From: a virus
DNA: 58,057 nucleotides
Virus record (IMG/VR): IMGVR_UViG_3300018914_000025
Direction: 5' to 3' (one strand)
Part shown: piece by piece, positions 31,994-40,156 of the stretch
How positions within the stretch are numbered: the first letter of the stretch is position 1
Layout: each line of letters begins with the position of its first letter
Position numbers and translations under genes: made by a program
Notes under the pieces: generated by a model
Seen by the model: the letters and a program-made list of their open reading frames with translations, nothing else
Told to the model about the DNA's origin: nothing
Databases searched by the model: none

Positions 31994-32299
31994 TCAGTGG
32001 GACCACCCGCCTCCGGGATCCAGTTGCATTTTGTCGTGGGGTGCGCCTCCGTTACCTTCTGGAGGACCGGAGAGCAGGGGAGTGTATCCCCGCCCTTCAT
32101 CCAAAAGCAAACGGCCATAACCAGGACCACCATCTGAAAACACGCGATCGTATCCGGGTCCGTCATCCAGCAAGAGTCGACCATACCCAGGACCGGAATC
32201 CAGAGAGACTCGATCGTGCCCGGGACCACCGTCAAGCTGCCAACCAGGGCCGCCATCGAGACTCCAGCCGGTCCCGCCTTCCATCCGTGCTTCTACCAT
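31994..32299 (-). CDS. Gly/Pro repeat protein with about 7 degenerate D-G-G-P-G-[WY] units
   Basis: MVEARMEGGTGWSLDGGPGWQLDGGPGHDRVSLDSGPGYGRLLLDDGPGYDRVFSDGGPGYGRLLLDEGRGY...DPGGGWSH; AAGGCGGTGA RBS; no signal peptide. Confidence 0.5.
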   Translation of the reverse strand: MVEARMEGGTGWSLDGGPGWQLDGGPGHDRVSLDSGPGYGRLLLDDGPGYDRVFSDGGPGYGRLLLDEGRGYTPLLSGPPEGNGGAPHDKMQLDPGGGWSH

Positions 32300-32353
32300 A
32301 CTATCACCGCCTTTTTTCTCTATCATACAGCTATGCCAGAAAATAGAAAAGAG

Positions 32354-32376
32354 CCCCCGGGAAAAAACCCCGGGGG
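32354..32376 (-). terminator. Rho-independent terminator after the lysis cassette
   Basis: Minus strand CCCCCGGGG-TTTTTT-CCCGGGGG followed by CTCTTTTCTATTTTC. Confidence 0.7.
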
Positions 32377-32381
32377 TCGGC

Positions 32382-32564
32382 TTACTTTTTACGAGAAACG
32401 TAGACAGCGCGCAGGGCGGCCGCTACAGCGATGAGCGCTGCGGCACCGTTGGCGATTACGTTGACGTCCGCGTCAGTGATGACATGGACACCAAAGGCGT
32501 CCAGGGACACTTTTACAGCGCCCAGGACGCCCGCAATTTTGAGAGCGAGATCCGCTTTTTTCAT
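32382..32564 (-). CDS. Small two-TM membrane protein (holin-like)
   Basis: 60 aa: LALKIAGVLGAVKVSL...VIANGAAALIAVAAALRAVYV with a basic C-terminus; adjacent to the endolysin. Confidence 0.45.
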   Translation of the reverse strand: MKKADLALKIAGVLGAVKVSLDAFGVHVITDADVNVIANGAAALIAVAAALRAVYVSRKK

Positions 32565-32575
32565 GGAGGATCCTC

Positions 32576-33193
32576 CTATCGATTTTGAGGTCGCTGGCCC
32601 GAGACTATCCGCAAGATGTCGGCGATCTCCCCGATCATTTTGCGCTTGCTCTCAGGTTCTTCGTAATACTCTTCTTTCAGCCAGGTGATATACTGATTCG
32701 CTTTCTCGACTGACAGGATCGGCGCTGGTGTCTCTTTGGCAAAATACTGCTGCAGATAGGCGATCGGATCCGTGTCAGACCCCCAGCCGCCGCTCGGTGA
32801 ACACTTCAGTCGAACCTCGTAATGCAGGTGCGGCCCCGTGCAGTGAGAAGGGGGCGTCATGCCCTGGTTGCCGATGATCTGGCCGTACGCTACGTGATCG
32901 CCGACCTTTACAGCGATGTGGTCAAGGTGAGCGTACATATGCTGCACGCCGTACTTGTCCTTGATGGCTACGACCTTTCCGAAGTTTCCGTATCCGGTGC
33001 CTGTAACGCCTGCAGGGATTTCGTCAGCAAAGATTACGACACCCGGGACAAACGCTTCGATCGGCGCGTTTCGACCTCCGGATTTCTTCACCAGATCAAT
33101 CCCGGTGTGTTTCTCTGACTTGCCACTGACCGGCGAAGTCCTGGGGCCGTATGGGCTGGTTACGCGATACGTGTTGAGAAGATCAAGACTCAT
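32576..33193 (-). CDS. Peptidase M23 endolysin
   Basis: M23 zinc motifs HTGIDL and HLHYEV; lies between holin-like genes. Confidence 0.8.
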   Translation of the reverse strand: MSLDLLNTYRVTSPYGPRTSPVSGKSEKHTGIDLVKKSGGRNAPIEAFVPGVVIFADEIPAGVTGTGYGNFGKVVAIKDKYGVQHMYAHLDHIAVKVGDHVAYGQIIGNQGMTPPSHCTGPHLHYEVRLKCSPSGGWGSDTDPIAYLQQYFAKETPAPILSVEKANQYITWLKEEYYEEPESKRKMIGEIADILRIVSGQRPQNR

Positions 33194-33567
33194 GGGGCGT
33201 TGCTCCCTTCTGTAGGGTATTCTTCAGGCTGCGCGGCTTTCTGTCGGCGTCTTGGTAAAATGTCGCCGAGGCGGGAGGCGGTGCGGTCCACAAAGTAACC
33301 GCCGAGAATCGTCCACATCCCCCAGCTGTACACTTCAAAGAATGTCACGTCCTTGTCTGTGAGCGTGCCGCCAAGCACCTTGCGAACCATCACCCATGAC
33401 ACAACGAAGTACGAGGATGTGAACAGGATCGCCAGAAAGTCGGTGATGGTGAGGCCGTCCCGGTCGTTCCAGAATCCACGCAGCTTTCCCGTTTTGACGG
33501 CGTAGGCAAGGGCAGCGAGCGACAGCAGGACGGCCAGCGCCGCCCCAATTTGACCGAATGTAACCAT
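33190..33567 (-). CDS. Holin (three-TM membrane protein)
   Basis: 125 aa with three hydrophobic helices and a charged C-terminus; 4-nt overlap with the endolysin gene. Confidence 0.55.
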   Translation of the reverse strand: MVTFGQIGAALAVLLSLAALAYAVKTGKLRGFWNDRDGLTITDFLAILFTSSYFVVSWVMVRKVLGGTLTDKDVTFFEVYSWGMWTILGGYFVDRTASRLGDILPRRRQKAAQPEEYPTEGSNAP

Positions 33568-33579
33568 GCTGCAGCCTCC

Positions 33580-33921
33580 TTACTTGCCGTTTTGTACGAT
33601 GACCGTTCCCAGCAGTGCCAGGATGATGGCACCGCCGACGAGTTTAACGAGCCACCCGGACCAATTTCGCTGCTGTTTTTTCACGTCGGCTACCTCATCC
33701 TCAATGGCCGATATTTTGTCTTCGAGGTTCTTCAGCTGTTGCTCGCGTGCGATGTTCAGCGCCTGGGACTCAACGCGGGTCAAGTACACCTGGTCCAGCG
33801 CTCCGAGGCGCACATTCAGTTGTTCAATGCTGGATTTGATCTCTGTCACTTGTTTCAATTGTTCTTCCATGCGCGCCAACCGCTCCAGCACCAAACTGTC
33901 GTTTTGTCGTCTATCTTCCAT
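33580..33921 (-). CDS. XhlA-like protein (coiled coil plus C-terminal TM)
   Basis: Coiled-coil N-terminus and TM WLVKLVGGAIILALLGTVIV; occupies the PBSX xhlA position ahead of the holin and lysin. Confidence 0.6.
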   Translation of the reverse strand: MEDRRQNDSLVLERLARMEEQLKQVTEIKSSIEQLNVRLGALDQVYLTRVESQALNIAREQQLKNLEDKISAIEDEVADVKKQQRNWSGWLVKLVGGAIILALLGTVIVQNGK

Positions 33922-33978
33922 CGGCCCTTGCTCCTTCCAAAAGAATAAAGCCCCCGATCGGTTCGGGGGCCGTCTGTA

Positions 33979-34239
33979 TTACGCGGTCGGGTAAGGCCCG
34001 ATCTTCGCTACAGTCTGATCATACTCTTGCTGGTTGATCCAGCTGTTTGCCCAGGCCTTATCCAGTTGTATGGTACGATTCTCGGCGGTCGCGTACGGGT
34101 CAATCGTGAAGTTGTCTGCAGCGTACTGCTTGATCTCTTCGTGGTACGTGGTGTTGACATCTGAGAACCGCTTTGTGCCGTCTACATAGATTTGAAAGGC
34201 GTACCCGCGCACCATCCGCTGTCGAACTGTTTCTGCCAT
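33979..34239 (-). CDS. hypothetical protein (post-fibre small gene)
   Basis: Start at MAETVRQ after AAGGAGG (ORF track extends to 34308). Confidence 0.5.
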   Translation of the reverse strand: MAETVRQRMVRGYAFQIYVDGTKRFSDVNTTYHEEIKQYAADNFTIDPYATAENRTIQLDKAWANSWINQQEYDQTVAKIGPYPTA

Positions 34240-34258
34240 TCCGCATTCCTCCTTTTGT

Positions 34259-34672
34259 CTACGCCAAGTCGTTGGAGACAAGGGTCTCCATGATGAACAA
34301 GACATCATCCTGCAGCGCCGAGTCGCGCTGTTTCAGGGCATCGTTTTCCGTTTTCAGCTTGGTGTTTTCTTTTTTCAGCGCTTGAAGTTCGGTTTCCAAC
34401 TCTTCCAGTTTGCTCGGCGATTGTGAGGGCATAATGTCCACTGTGATGAAGGTGGGAACACCGTCAACCAATTGCACCGAACACCCCCTATCTACCATCT
34501 GTCTATATTGTTCTTTCGTTATCTCCACATACCCATAGTCATCAAACGCACCCCCGTGGTTAGGAATTACGTTGTTATCAATCTCCCAGCGCGGAGAATA
34601 GCTTTCGTCAGGTGTTTCAATTGAAGTAGACATTATCCGGAAATCAGACTTTCGATAGACTACAAATTTCAT
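34259..34672 (-). CDS. hypothetical tail-fibre-associated protein with C-terminal coiled coil
   Basis: Start at MKFVVYRK after GGAGGTGG; 4-nt overlap with the fibre gene stop. Confidence 0.55.
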   Translation of the reverse strand: MKFVVYRKSDFRIMSTSIETPDESYSPRWEIDNNVIPNHGGAFDDYGYVEITKEQYRQMVDRGCSVQLVDGVPTFITVDIMPSQSPSKLEELETELQALKKENTKLKTENDALKQRDSALQDDVLFIMETLVSNDLA

Positions 34673-36261
34673 CCTTCCACCTCCCAATAACATGCACCAA
34701 CGCTAAGAGTCGCCGTCGATGTAGACCCGTTTCTAAATACGATGATAAGGTTAGAACCCGAAATATAAACTTCGGTCAAGCCTGTTGCGCTTGCGTTTAC
34801 TCCTTCGCTGATGTAGGTGTTTCTTGATCCTAATCTGGCGTCACCTAGCGCTTTTGAGTAAAACTGGGATGTGGGTGTACTCGTTACCTCTACCGACGTC
34901 GCTTTTGTGGAATCGGTATTGAAGTATACGGTTGCCCAGGTGCTGCTGGAACCGTGCCGAATGACAAGCCGCCCTTTCTTTCCAGCAAACCCAATAGGTA
35001 TTGTTTTTGTGTAAGTCGTATTCGCCGCAACTTGTGTGGTTGTATCCGACCAAAATCCTGATGCGTTTTGATTCACTTCTGCCCCCGCCTGGATTCCTTG
35101 CAACTTGGTGTAGTCGGCGGCACTCATAAACCCGGATGCGCTGGATGTGGCTACCGCGTGCGCCGCGCCTCCGGTGCCGACGTGTGCCGCAGGCGCGAAT
35201 TGCGTGGTGTCAACGGAAATCGTAATTTCATCCGTTGCAGAATCGGCGGTCATAAGGATAGCTGTTCCTTCTCTTAATGTCGCTGTATCCTGTTTGGAGT
35301 CTGCGGCCACGCTACCCTTAGATGTTCCGGCGTTGTTTTTAACGGCGATTGTTGCAAACGTGGTTACATCAGATGGGTCGACTCTGACCCACGGCCCCCA
35401 GACGGCTCCGTTGGTATTGCTTCCCACGGCCCTCTGCCAGACTTCCGATGTCGATGACCCATCGTGCACCGTCACCCGTTGTACTCCCCATGAGGGGGAT
35501 GCAGTCTTGTACGTCTCCACACAGAAGGAAGAGGTGGTTTTGCCCAACCAGGAATTGACGGAGCCCTGTGCATAAAAAACGGATACACCATCCGGATAGT
35601 CCGACATAGGTGCCGATTCCGTGAAGGCATTCAGTGCCAATCTATTAACCTGTTTACTGGTTACGTTGTGTGGGTTGTTCGTGGACGACAGGTGATTAGA
35701 TAGGTCCGTCCATAACTGTTTAATCGTTTTTACAGGATCGGTCTTCCAGTCTGTTTCTCCGGTGATCGCTTTAAATCGGTTGGCGAAGAACGAAAGGAAT
35801 TTCGGCCACTTCGCAGTGTTGCTCGATGGGACCTGAGCCTGATCTACTGTCAAAGTCTCATTCAGGATATTCCGGCGATCAGCATAAGAAAGCACCGTTG
35901 TAGCGTTTGTCGTGAAATACCAAAGGGGGCACACGCCGTCAGCAACCGCTTGTGACGTCGACTTCTTGATTGCGCCGTCAGTGTCCAGGTAGATGTACTG
36001 CCCTTGATTCGCGTTGAGCGCGATCGATCCGGCTGGAACAGAGAACCGCTGGCCCTTCACGTAAGCGACGCCAGCCGCCCAGGTTGCAGTCAACCCGGAA
36101 TAGTTGAAAGTCAGGCCGGAGACAACGAAGCTGCCGCCCAGTTCGTTCGCCAGGTCTTTGATTAGCTGGTGCGCATCTTCGATCCCTGTCTCAATTCGGT
36201 TATAGTCCGTTTCCATGACCGGATCGTCCGGGCCCCAGTTCTTCTTTGCTTGATAGGTCAT
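34669..36261 (-). CDS. Tail fibre / receptor-binding protein
   Basis: SGFMSAADYTKLQGI matches the phage fibre-repeat motif (G.MS..D..KL..I); lies after the baseplate genes. Confidence 0.75.
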   Translation of the reverse strand: MTYQAKKNWGPDDPVMETDYNRIETGIEDAHQLIKDLANELGGSFVVSGLTFNYSGLTATWAAGVAYVKGQRFSVPAGSIALNANQGQYIYLDTDGAIKKSTSQAVADGVCPLWYFTTNATTVLSYADRRNILNETLTVDQAQVPSSNTAKWPKFLSFFANRFKAITGETDWKTDPVKTIKQLWTDLSNHLSSTNNPHNVTSKQVNRLALNAFTESAPMSDYPDGVSVFYAQGSVNSWLGKTTSSFCVETYKTASPSWGVQRVTVHDGSSTSEVWQRAVGSNTNGAVWGPWVRVDPSDVTTFATIAVKNNAGTSKGSVAADSKQDTATLREGTAILMTADSATDEITISVDTTQFAPAAHVGTGGAAHAVATSSASGFMSAADYTKLQGIQAGAEVNQNASGFWSDTTTQVAANTTYTKTIPIGFAGKKGRLVIRHGSSSTWATVYFNTDSTKATSVEVTSTPTSQFYSKALGDARLGSRNTYISEGVNASATGLTEVYISGSNLIIVFRNGSTSTATLSVGACYWEVEG

Positions 36262-36545
36262 GTCGTTCCTCCTTTCGCCTCGATCGTAAAGGTGAAGTCA
36301 AATTGCTGGTTTGCGGGCATAGTGATGTTGACCGGCTTGTTGACGATCACCTTACCATCGGCCGTTTTCAGTTTCAGATTCGTCACCGCGGTCACATTTT
36401 GGATGGTTCCCGTCCGGACTGTCACGACCTTTCCAGCGACGGAAACCTGCGCCACCGGGACGTCCGTGCTATCGTTCAACGTCACCGTGGTGGCCCGGGC
36501 TTGAATGTCCTGGGCCACCAGTTGTAAATAGTCGTCATGTATCAT
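36258..36545 (-). CDS. hypothetical baseplate/fibre-associated protein
   Basis: 95-aa ORF with 4-nt overlaps on both sides. Confidence 0.55.
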   Translation of the reverse strand: MIHDDYLQLVAQDIQARATTVTLNDSTDVPVAQVSVAGKVVTVRTGTIQNVTAVTNLKLKTADGKVIVNKPVNITMPANQQFDFTFTIEAKGGTT

Positions 36546-37114
36546 ACAACGACCTCACTTCCTCTCATCATCGGAGCTAGACCTACGCGCATTTCCCGCA
36601 CGGTTCGGTACCGCTTGGTGGACATCGTAACGGTATCCACCAGCTGGATTGCTTCACTCCCTGTAAACCGAAGGTCGATTCCTACCGCGTGAACCGGGCG
36701 GATCTTCTCAAACGACGTCACCAGCTTGTTGAGATCGACCGTATCCTCTTGTTTGAAGGTGTACCGGATGCGTTTGGTAGTGAACAACTCCTCTACCGTC
36801 ACGATTTTCAGAGAGGAGGCGTCGAGCCCCAGATTTCGAAGTACGGCAGGCGTAAACGAAACCCGTGACCAATACTTTTCCATCAAGGCTTGACGTCGCT
36901 GATTATCCGGCATGAACTGCTTCCTTCCGAAGTAGATCCAGTCCCACACGTCCAGCGAATAGGTAGCCGTCATCGGGAAAAACTGATCGCGCAGCTCGTT
37001 GATCTTTTTCTGCTGCTCGGACAATTCAAGATCAGCCGCCTCGAAGTGGTACTCCGCGATCTTGTTTTCGTACCAGTAGGGCGGCAGCATCCGTCGGTAT
37101 TTTTCTATGATCAT
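36542..37114 (-). CDS. XkdU-like (DUF2313) baseplate protein
   Basis: N-terminus MIIEKYRRMLPPYWYEN and its position after baseplate J, as in PBSX. Confidence 0.6.
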   Translation of the reverse strand: MIIEKYRRMLPPYWYENKIAEYHFEAADLELSEQQKKINELRDQFFPMTATYSLDVWDWIYFGRKQFMPDNQRRQALMEKYWSRVSFTPAVLRNLGLDASSLKIVTVEELFTTKRIRYTFKQEDTVDLNKLVTSFEKIRPVHAVGIDLRFTGSEAIQLVDTVTMSTKRYRTVREMRVGLAPMMRGSEVVV

Positions 37115-37926
37115 GTGCTCACCACCAAATTGAGGGAGACAACCTGCCCACTCGGCACGGTTACGTTTGCAGTGCCGCCGTTCAGCGTGTAATTGGAGTA
37201 GTCCTCCACCCCATCCACAAAAAAGAGCGCCGAGATCTGTTGATACACCAGATTCGAGCGCCCTTTGATGTATTCTTTTATGCGGCTGGTCAACAGCGCG
37301 GTAACATCGCTCAGGACTGCTCCTGCAGTCAGGATCAGGGTCACGGAAACCGTCAGGGTAAACACGGTCGCCGGATGAACCTGCAGGTCATGGAGCGCGA
37401 TACGTTTTGGCTCCAGCGCGGCTTTTACTTGATCGGCAAACGCCTGCGTCGCTGGCTGACCATTGATGTCCGTGATGTAAATGTCGATCGAAAGGTCATG
37501 CCGCTGCTTTTCAAGTGCAATCGCTCCACCCACTCCGTTGACCGCCATCGCCCACGCCTCATAGTCCTGACGCCGGCCGTTTCCTTCTTCAGTACGGGCA
37601 CGTTGGATCAGACGCTCCCGATATGGGTCATCAAGCTCCCCGTCCTTCCGGGGGAGGCCAAGAAAAACGCCGTGTGCATCGAGGTATTCTCCATCAGCCC
37701 AGGGGAGAAACCCTTGCAGGAATGCGTATTCCAGCAGTTGCTGCTGCTCACTGATTTCCTTCGCGACTGGGTACAGCAGGTCGTAAAAAATCTCCCCCTC
37801 TTCCGTGGCTGGGGGCGTTTCTCCGCGCGCTTGTGCGATCTCCGTCAGGTTGTTTACGATCCGCTGGTAAACTTCGTCAGGTGTTTCCCGTATCAAAGGC
37901 ATTTCAGGTTTTACAATCGGCGCCAT
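37111..37926 (-). CDS. Baseplate J-like protein (XkdT position)
   Basis: Size and synteny; EIFYDLLYPVAKE...LDAHG pattern. Confidence 0.6.
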   Translation of the reverse strand: MAPIVKPEMPLIRETPDEVYQRIVNNLTEIAQARGETPPATEEGEIFYDLLYPVAKEISEQQQLLEYAFLQGFLPWADGEYLDAHGVFLGLPRKDGELDDPYRERLIQRARTEEGNGRRQDYEAWAMAVNGVGGAIALEKQRHDLSIDIYITDINGQPATQAFADQVKAALEPKRIALHDLQVHPATVFTLTVSVTLILTAGAVLSDVTALLTSRIKEYIKGRSNLVYQQISALFFVDGVEDYSNYTLNGGTANVTVPSGQVVSLNLVVST

Positions 37927-38348
37927 GCACTCACCTCCGTTTTCAACGTGCCGCGTACTCCTTCGATCTGGAGAGAGAAGCGAATGGAGTTTTCTTCAAA
38001 GCGAATGTCCAGCACCTCCGCGCGGTCAACCTCACTATGCGCCTCCAGTGCTTCCTCCGCCTGTGTCTTGATCACCGGCAAAGAAATAAGTGAGCGCATT
38101 TTTCCGATGTCACTCAGGAAGTCCACTCCTACTTTGTCGGTGTAGATCTCGTATGCAAAGCGCTTAGTGTTCAAGATTTTCTTTGCGATCTCCTCCAGGT
38201 ACTCCTGATAAGTCTCGGTTTTCAGAAGCCTGCCGTCCGGACCTGCGATAAATTGGCGCGTAGCCCAATCCATTTTGTAGGTCCACGGGATCGGCGGATT
38301 TTCAGGCGAGGCGAGATCCGCGTCGGTGATGTTCAATTCCGGAAACAT
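37911..38348 (-). CDS. XkdS-like (DUF2634) baseplate protein
   Basis: 145 aa; synteny with the PBSX tail module. Confidence 0.5.
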   Translation of the reverse strand: MFPELNITDADLASPENPPIPWTYKMDWATRQFIAGPDGRLLKTETYQEYLEEIAKKILNTKRFAYEIYTDKVGVDFLSDIGKMRSLISLPVIKTQAEEALEAHSEVDRAEVLDIRFEENSIRFSLQIEGVRGTLKTEVSAWRRL

Positions 38349-38597
38349 CTACCCCACCTCCCCCAGTACCAAGTACTGTCCGCTCGTGCAACGAAGCAGC
38401 GCGTACCGCTTCCCTACGTCCAGTACGGTGATCTCGTCTCTTTTCATCTTGACGATCTCTTCCGGTTCCAACGGTTCAGGATCTTCGTCCAACTTGATCG
38501 ACAGGGGGGAAGCCGAGATCAGTGTGCCGAATTCTACCTGTGTGTCTGTGATGCCGCGGCGGGCTTCCCCCAATATCATCGAAACAGCTTCATGCAC
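38349..38597 (-). CDS. XkdR-like (DUF2577) small tail protein
   Basis: 82 aa; synteny. Confidence 0.5.
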   Translation of the reverse strand: MHEAVSMILGEARRGITDTQVEFGTLISASPLSIKLDEDPEPLEPEEIVKMKRDEITVLDVGKRYALLRCTSGQYLVLGEVG

Positions 38598-38598
38598 G

Positions 38599-39549
38599 TT
38601 ACCCCCTCCTCTCCAGCTGCAGATCCATCGTGTACTCCCCGCCCTTCCAGTGGGCGTTGCAGGACGTCACGATCCAGTCGGTTGTCGTTTTGTTGTCTTT
38701 TTCGAGTATCTTGATCATCCACCCGGCGCGGATCTTCGCCGCACCGGGGTCCGAATGATGCACCGTGATCGATCGGGTTTTCGGGATCTTCGAGAGCGTA
38801 CTCAATTGTCGTGATGCGATCCCGCTCAGATCGGTGCTCTCGCCCGCGTCGATGATCTTGTGCATGCGACCGATCTGCTTGACGAGCTTGCTGTCTTCTT
38901 TCGTTACGCTGCCAAGCTGCTGATCCCCCTTGTACCGCTCCACGGTGACGACCGTGTACACACCCTCCAGGTTTTCGCCGGTGCTGCTCTTCTCCAGCAT
39001 GGTTGCCCGCAGGATTGGGACGTAAGTGTTCCCTCCTTCCGGAAGGACATACAATTTGTCGCGCTGGGCCTGCACGAAGTAGCGTATGCCGGTTTTCTCG
39101 TACGCCTGCTCCGTAAGGCTGGTGTACAGCGCGGAGTAGGATTGAGTCGGCAGACGGTCCTTTACGGTGAACCCGAACGCCGGACAACTGAAGTTTATGC
39201 CCGTCGCTTTGATGATCCGCTCCAGCTCCTTTCCTGCGTCACCGTTCAGCCTTGGTCGGCTCACGTCGTTCTGGGCCAGATACCAGGCGATCTCATACGC
39301 ATTGGCCTGCAGGTCGAGCGTTTTGTCATCACGTTCCGGGCGGATGATCGTCCCGTGAAAAAACTGGTCTCTCTCGTTCAAGTCCTTCGCAAACAGCATT
39401 AGGAATCCGGCAGCCTCCAGCTGTGGGGCTTCTTTGATCCGGATGTCACAGGTTTGGGCGATCTGGCCGCGGGATGACGACCATGATAATTCCAGAGCAG
39501 AAGGGGTGAGTTCGATTCGCGTTGATCCTTTGCCGTAGATTGCTCTCAT
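38599..39549 (-). CDS. XkdQ-like tail/baseplate hub protein
   Basis: 316 aa; synteny downstream of the tape measure. Confidence 0.55.
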   Translation of the reverse strand: MRAIYGKGSTRIELTPSALELSWSSSRGQIAQTCDIRIKEAPQLEAAGFLMLFAKDLNERDQFFHGTIIRPERDDKTLDLQANAYEIAWYLAQNDVSRPRLNGDAGKELERIIKATGINFSCPAFGFTVKDRLPTQSYSALYTSLTEQAYEKTGIRYFVQAQRDKLYVLPEGGNTYVPILRATMLEKSSTGENLEGVYTVVTVERYKGDQQLGSVTKEDSKLVKQIGRMHKIIDAGESTDLSGIASRQLSTLSKIPKTRSITVHHSDPGAAKIRAGWMIKILEKDNKTTTDWIVTSCNAHWKGGEYTMDLQLERRG

Positions 39550-39562
39550 GCTCTCACCTCAA

Positions 39563-40156
39563 TCATGACAGTCGACTAGCACGAAACGCGGCCAGCTTCG
39601 ACTCGATGCGGCGTTTCTGCTCCGCCTGAATCGCTTGACTTACAAGGGAGCCGGTGGTGGTCGTTTTTTTCGCTTTCTTGCCGGAAGTGTTCGGGCGTTT
39701 TTTTGACATTTGCCCTATGATTTTCGAAACTTCCAGCAGGGTTTTTGAGTTGGTCCAGATGATGAACTCCTCTTTGATGAAAAGAGGCAGCTCGATCGTT
39801 CCGTGGAAATCCACGTTCCTCCCTACGAACCTGCCGTCACAAGGGCCGACGATGACATTCCAGGCGAGGTCTAGCTCGTCGATCGTGAGCAGCACTTCAG
39901 ATCCGCTCAGGCGGTCCAATCCCGCCAGCCACGGGCGCGGCCCCTGGTAACCTTCCACCTCGATGTAGTCAGCTGTCGGATCCCCCGGTAGGACAAAATC
40001 AAAGGAGACGACCTTTGGCCGCCTCCCTGTGGGTCTTGTCTTTGAGGTTAACACGATCGAGGTAGTGGTCTCTGTCTCGTTACCGAAGCCGCGGAACTGG
40101 ATCTCTCCGGGAGTGACGGGAAATGTCAGGCGATACTTACCCTGTAGTCGAATCAC
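39563..40156 (-). CDS. Tail protein (XkdP position, no LysM seen)
   Basis: 197 aa; 4-nt overlap with the tape-measure gene. Confidence 0.5.
   Translation of the reverse strand: MIRLQGKYRLTFPVTPGEIQFRGFGNETETTTSIVLTSKTRPTGRRPKVVSFDFVLPGDPTADYIEVEGYQGPRPWLAGLDRLSGSEVLLTIDELDLAWNVIVGPCDGRFVGRNVDFHGTIELPLFIKEEFIIWTNSKTLLEVSKIIGQMSKKRPNTSGKKAKKTTTTGSLVSQAIQAEQKRRIESKLAAFRASRLS

Noticed and set aside
38576-39187. Same-strand nested ORFs with Arg-rich translations. Others occur at 14084-14617, 26247-26585, 12521-12922 and 27275-27646.
   Set aside because: Their composition is extreme (R/G/P-rich). They have no RBS and overlap well-supported genes. Only the nested ORF at 2896-3207 looked protein-like enough to report.
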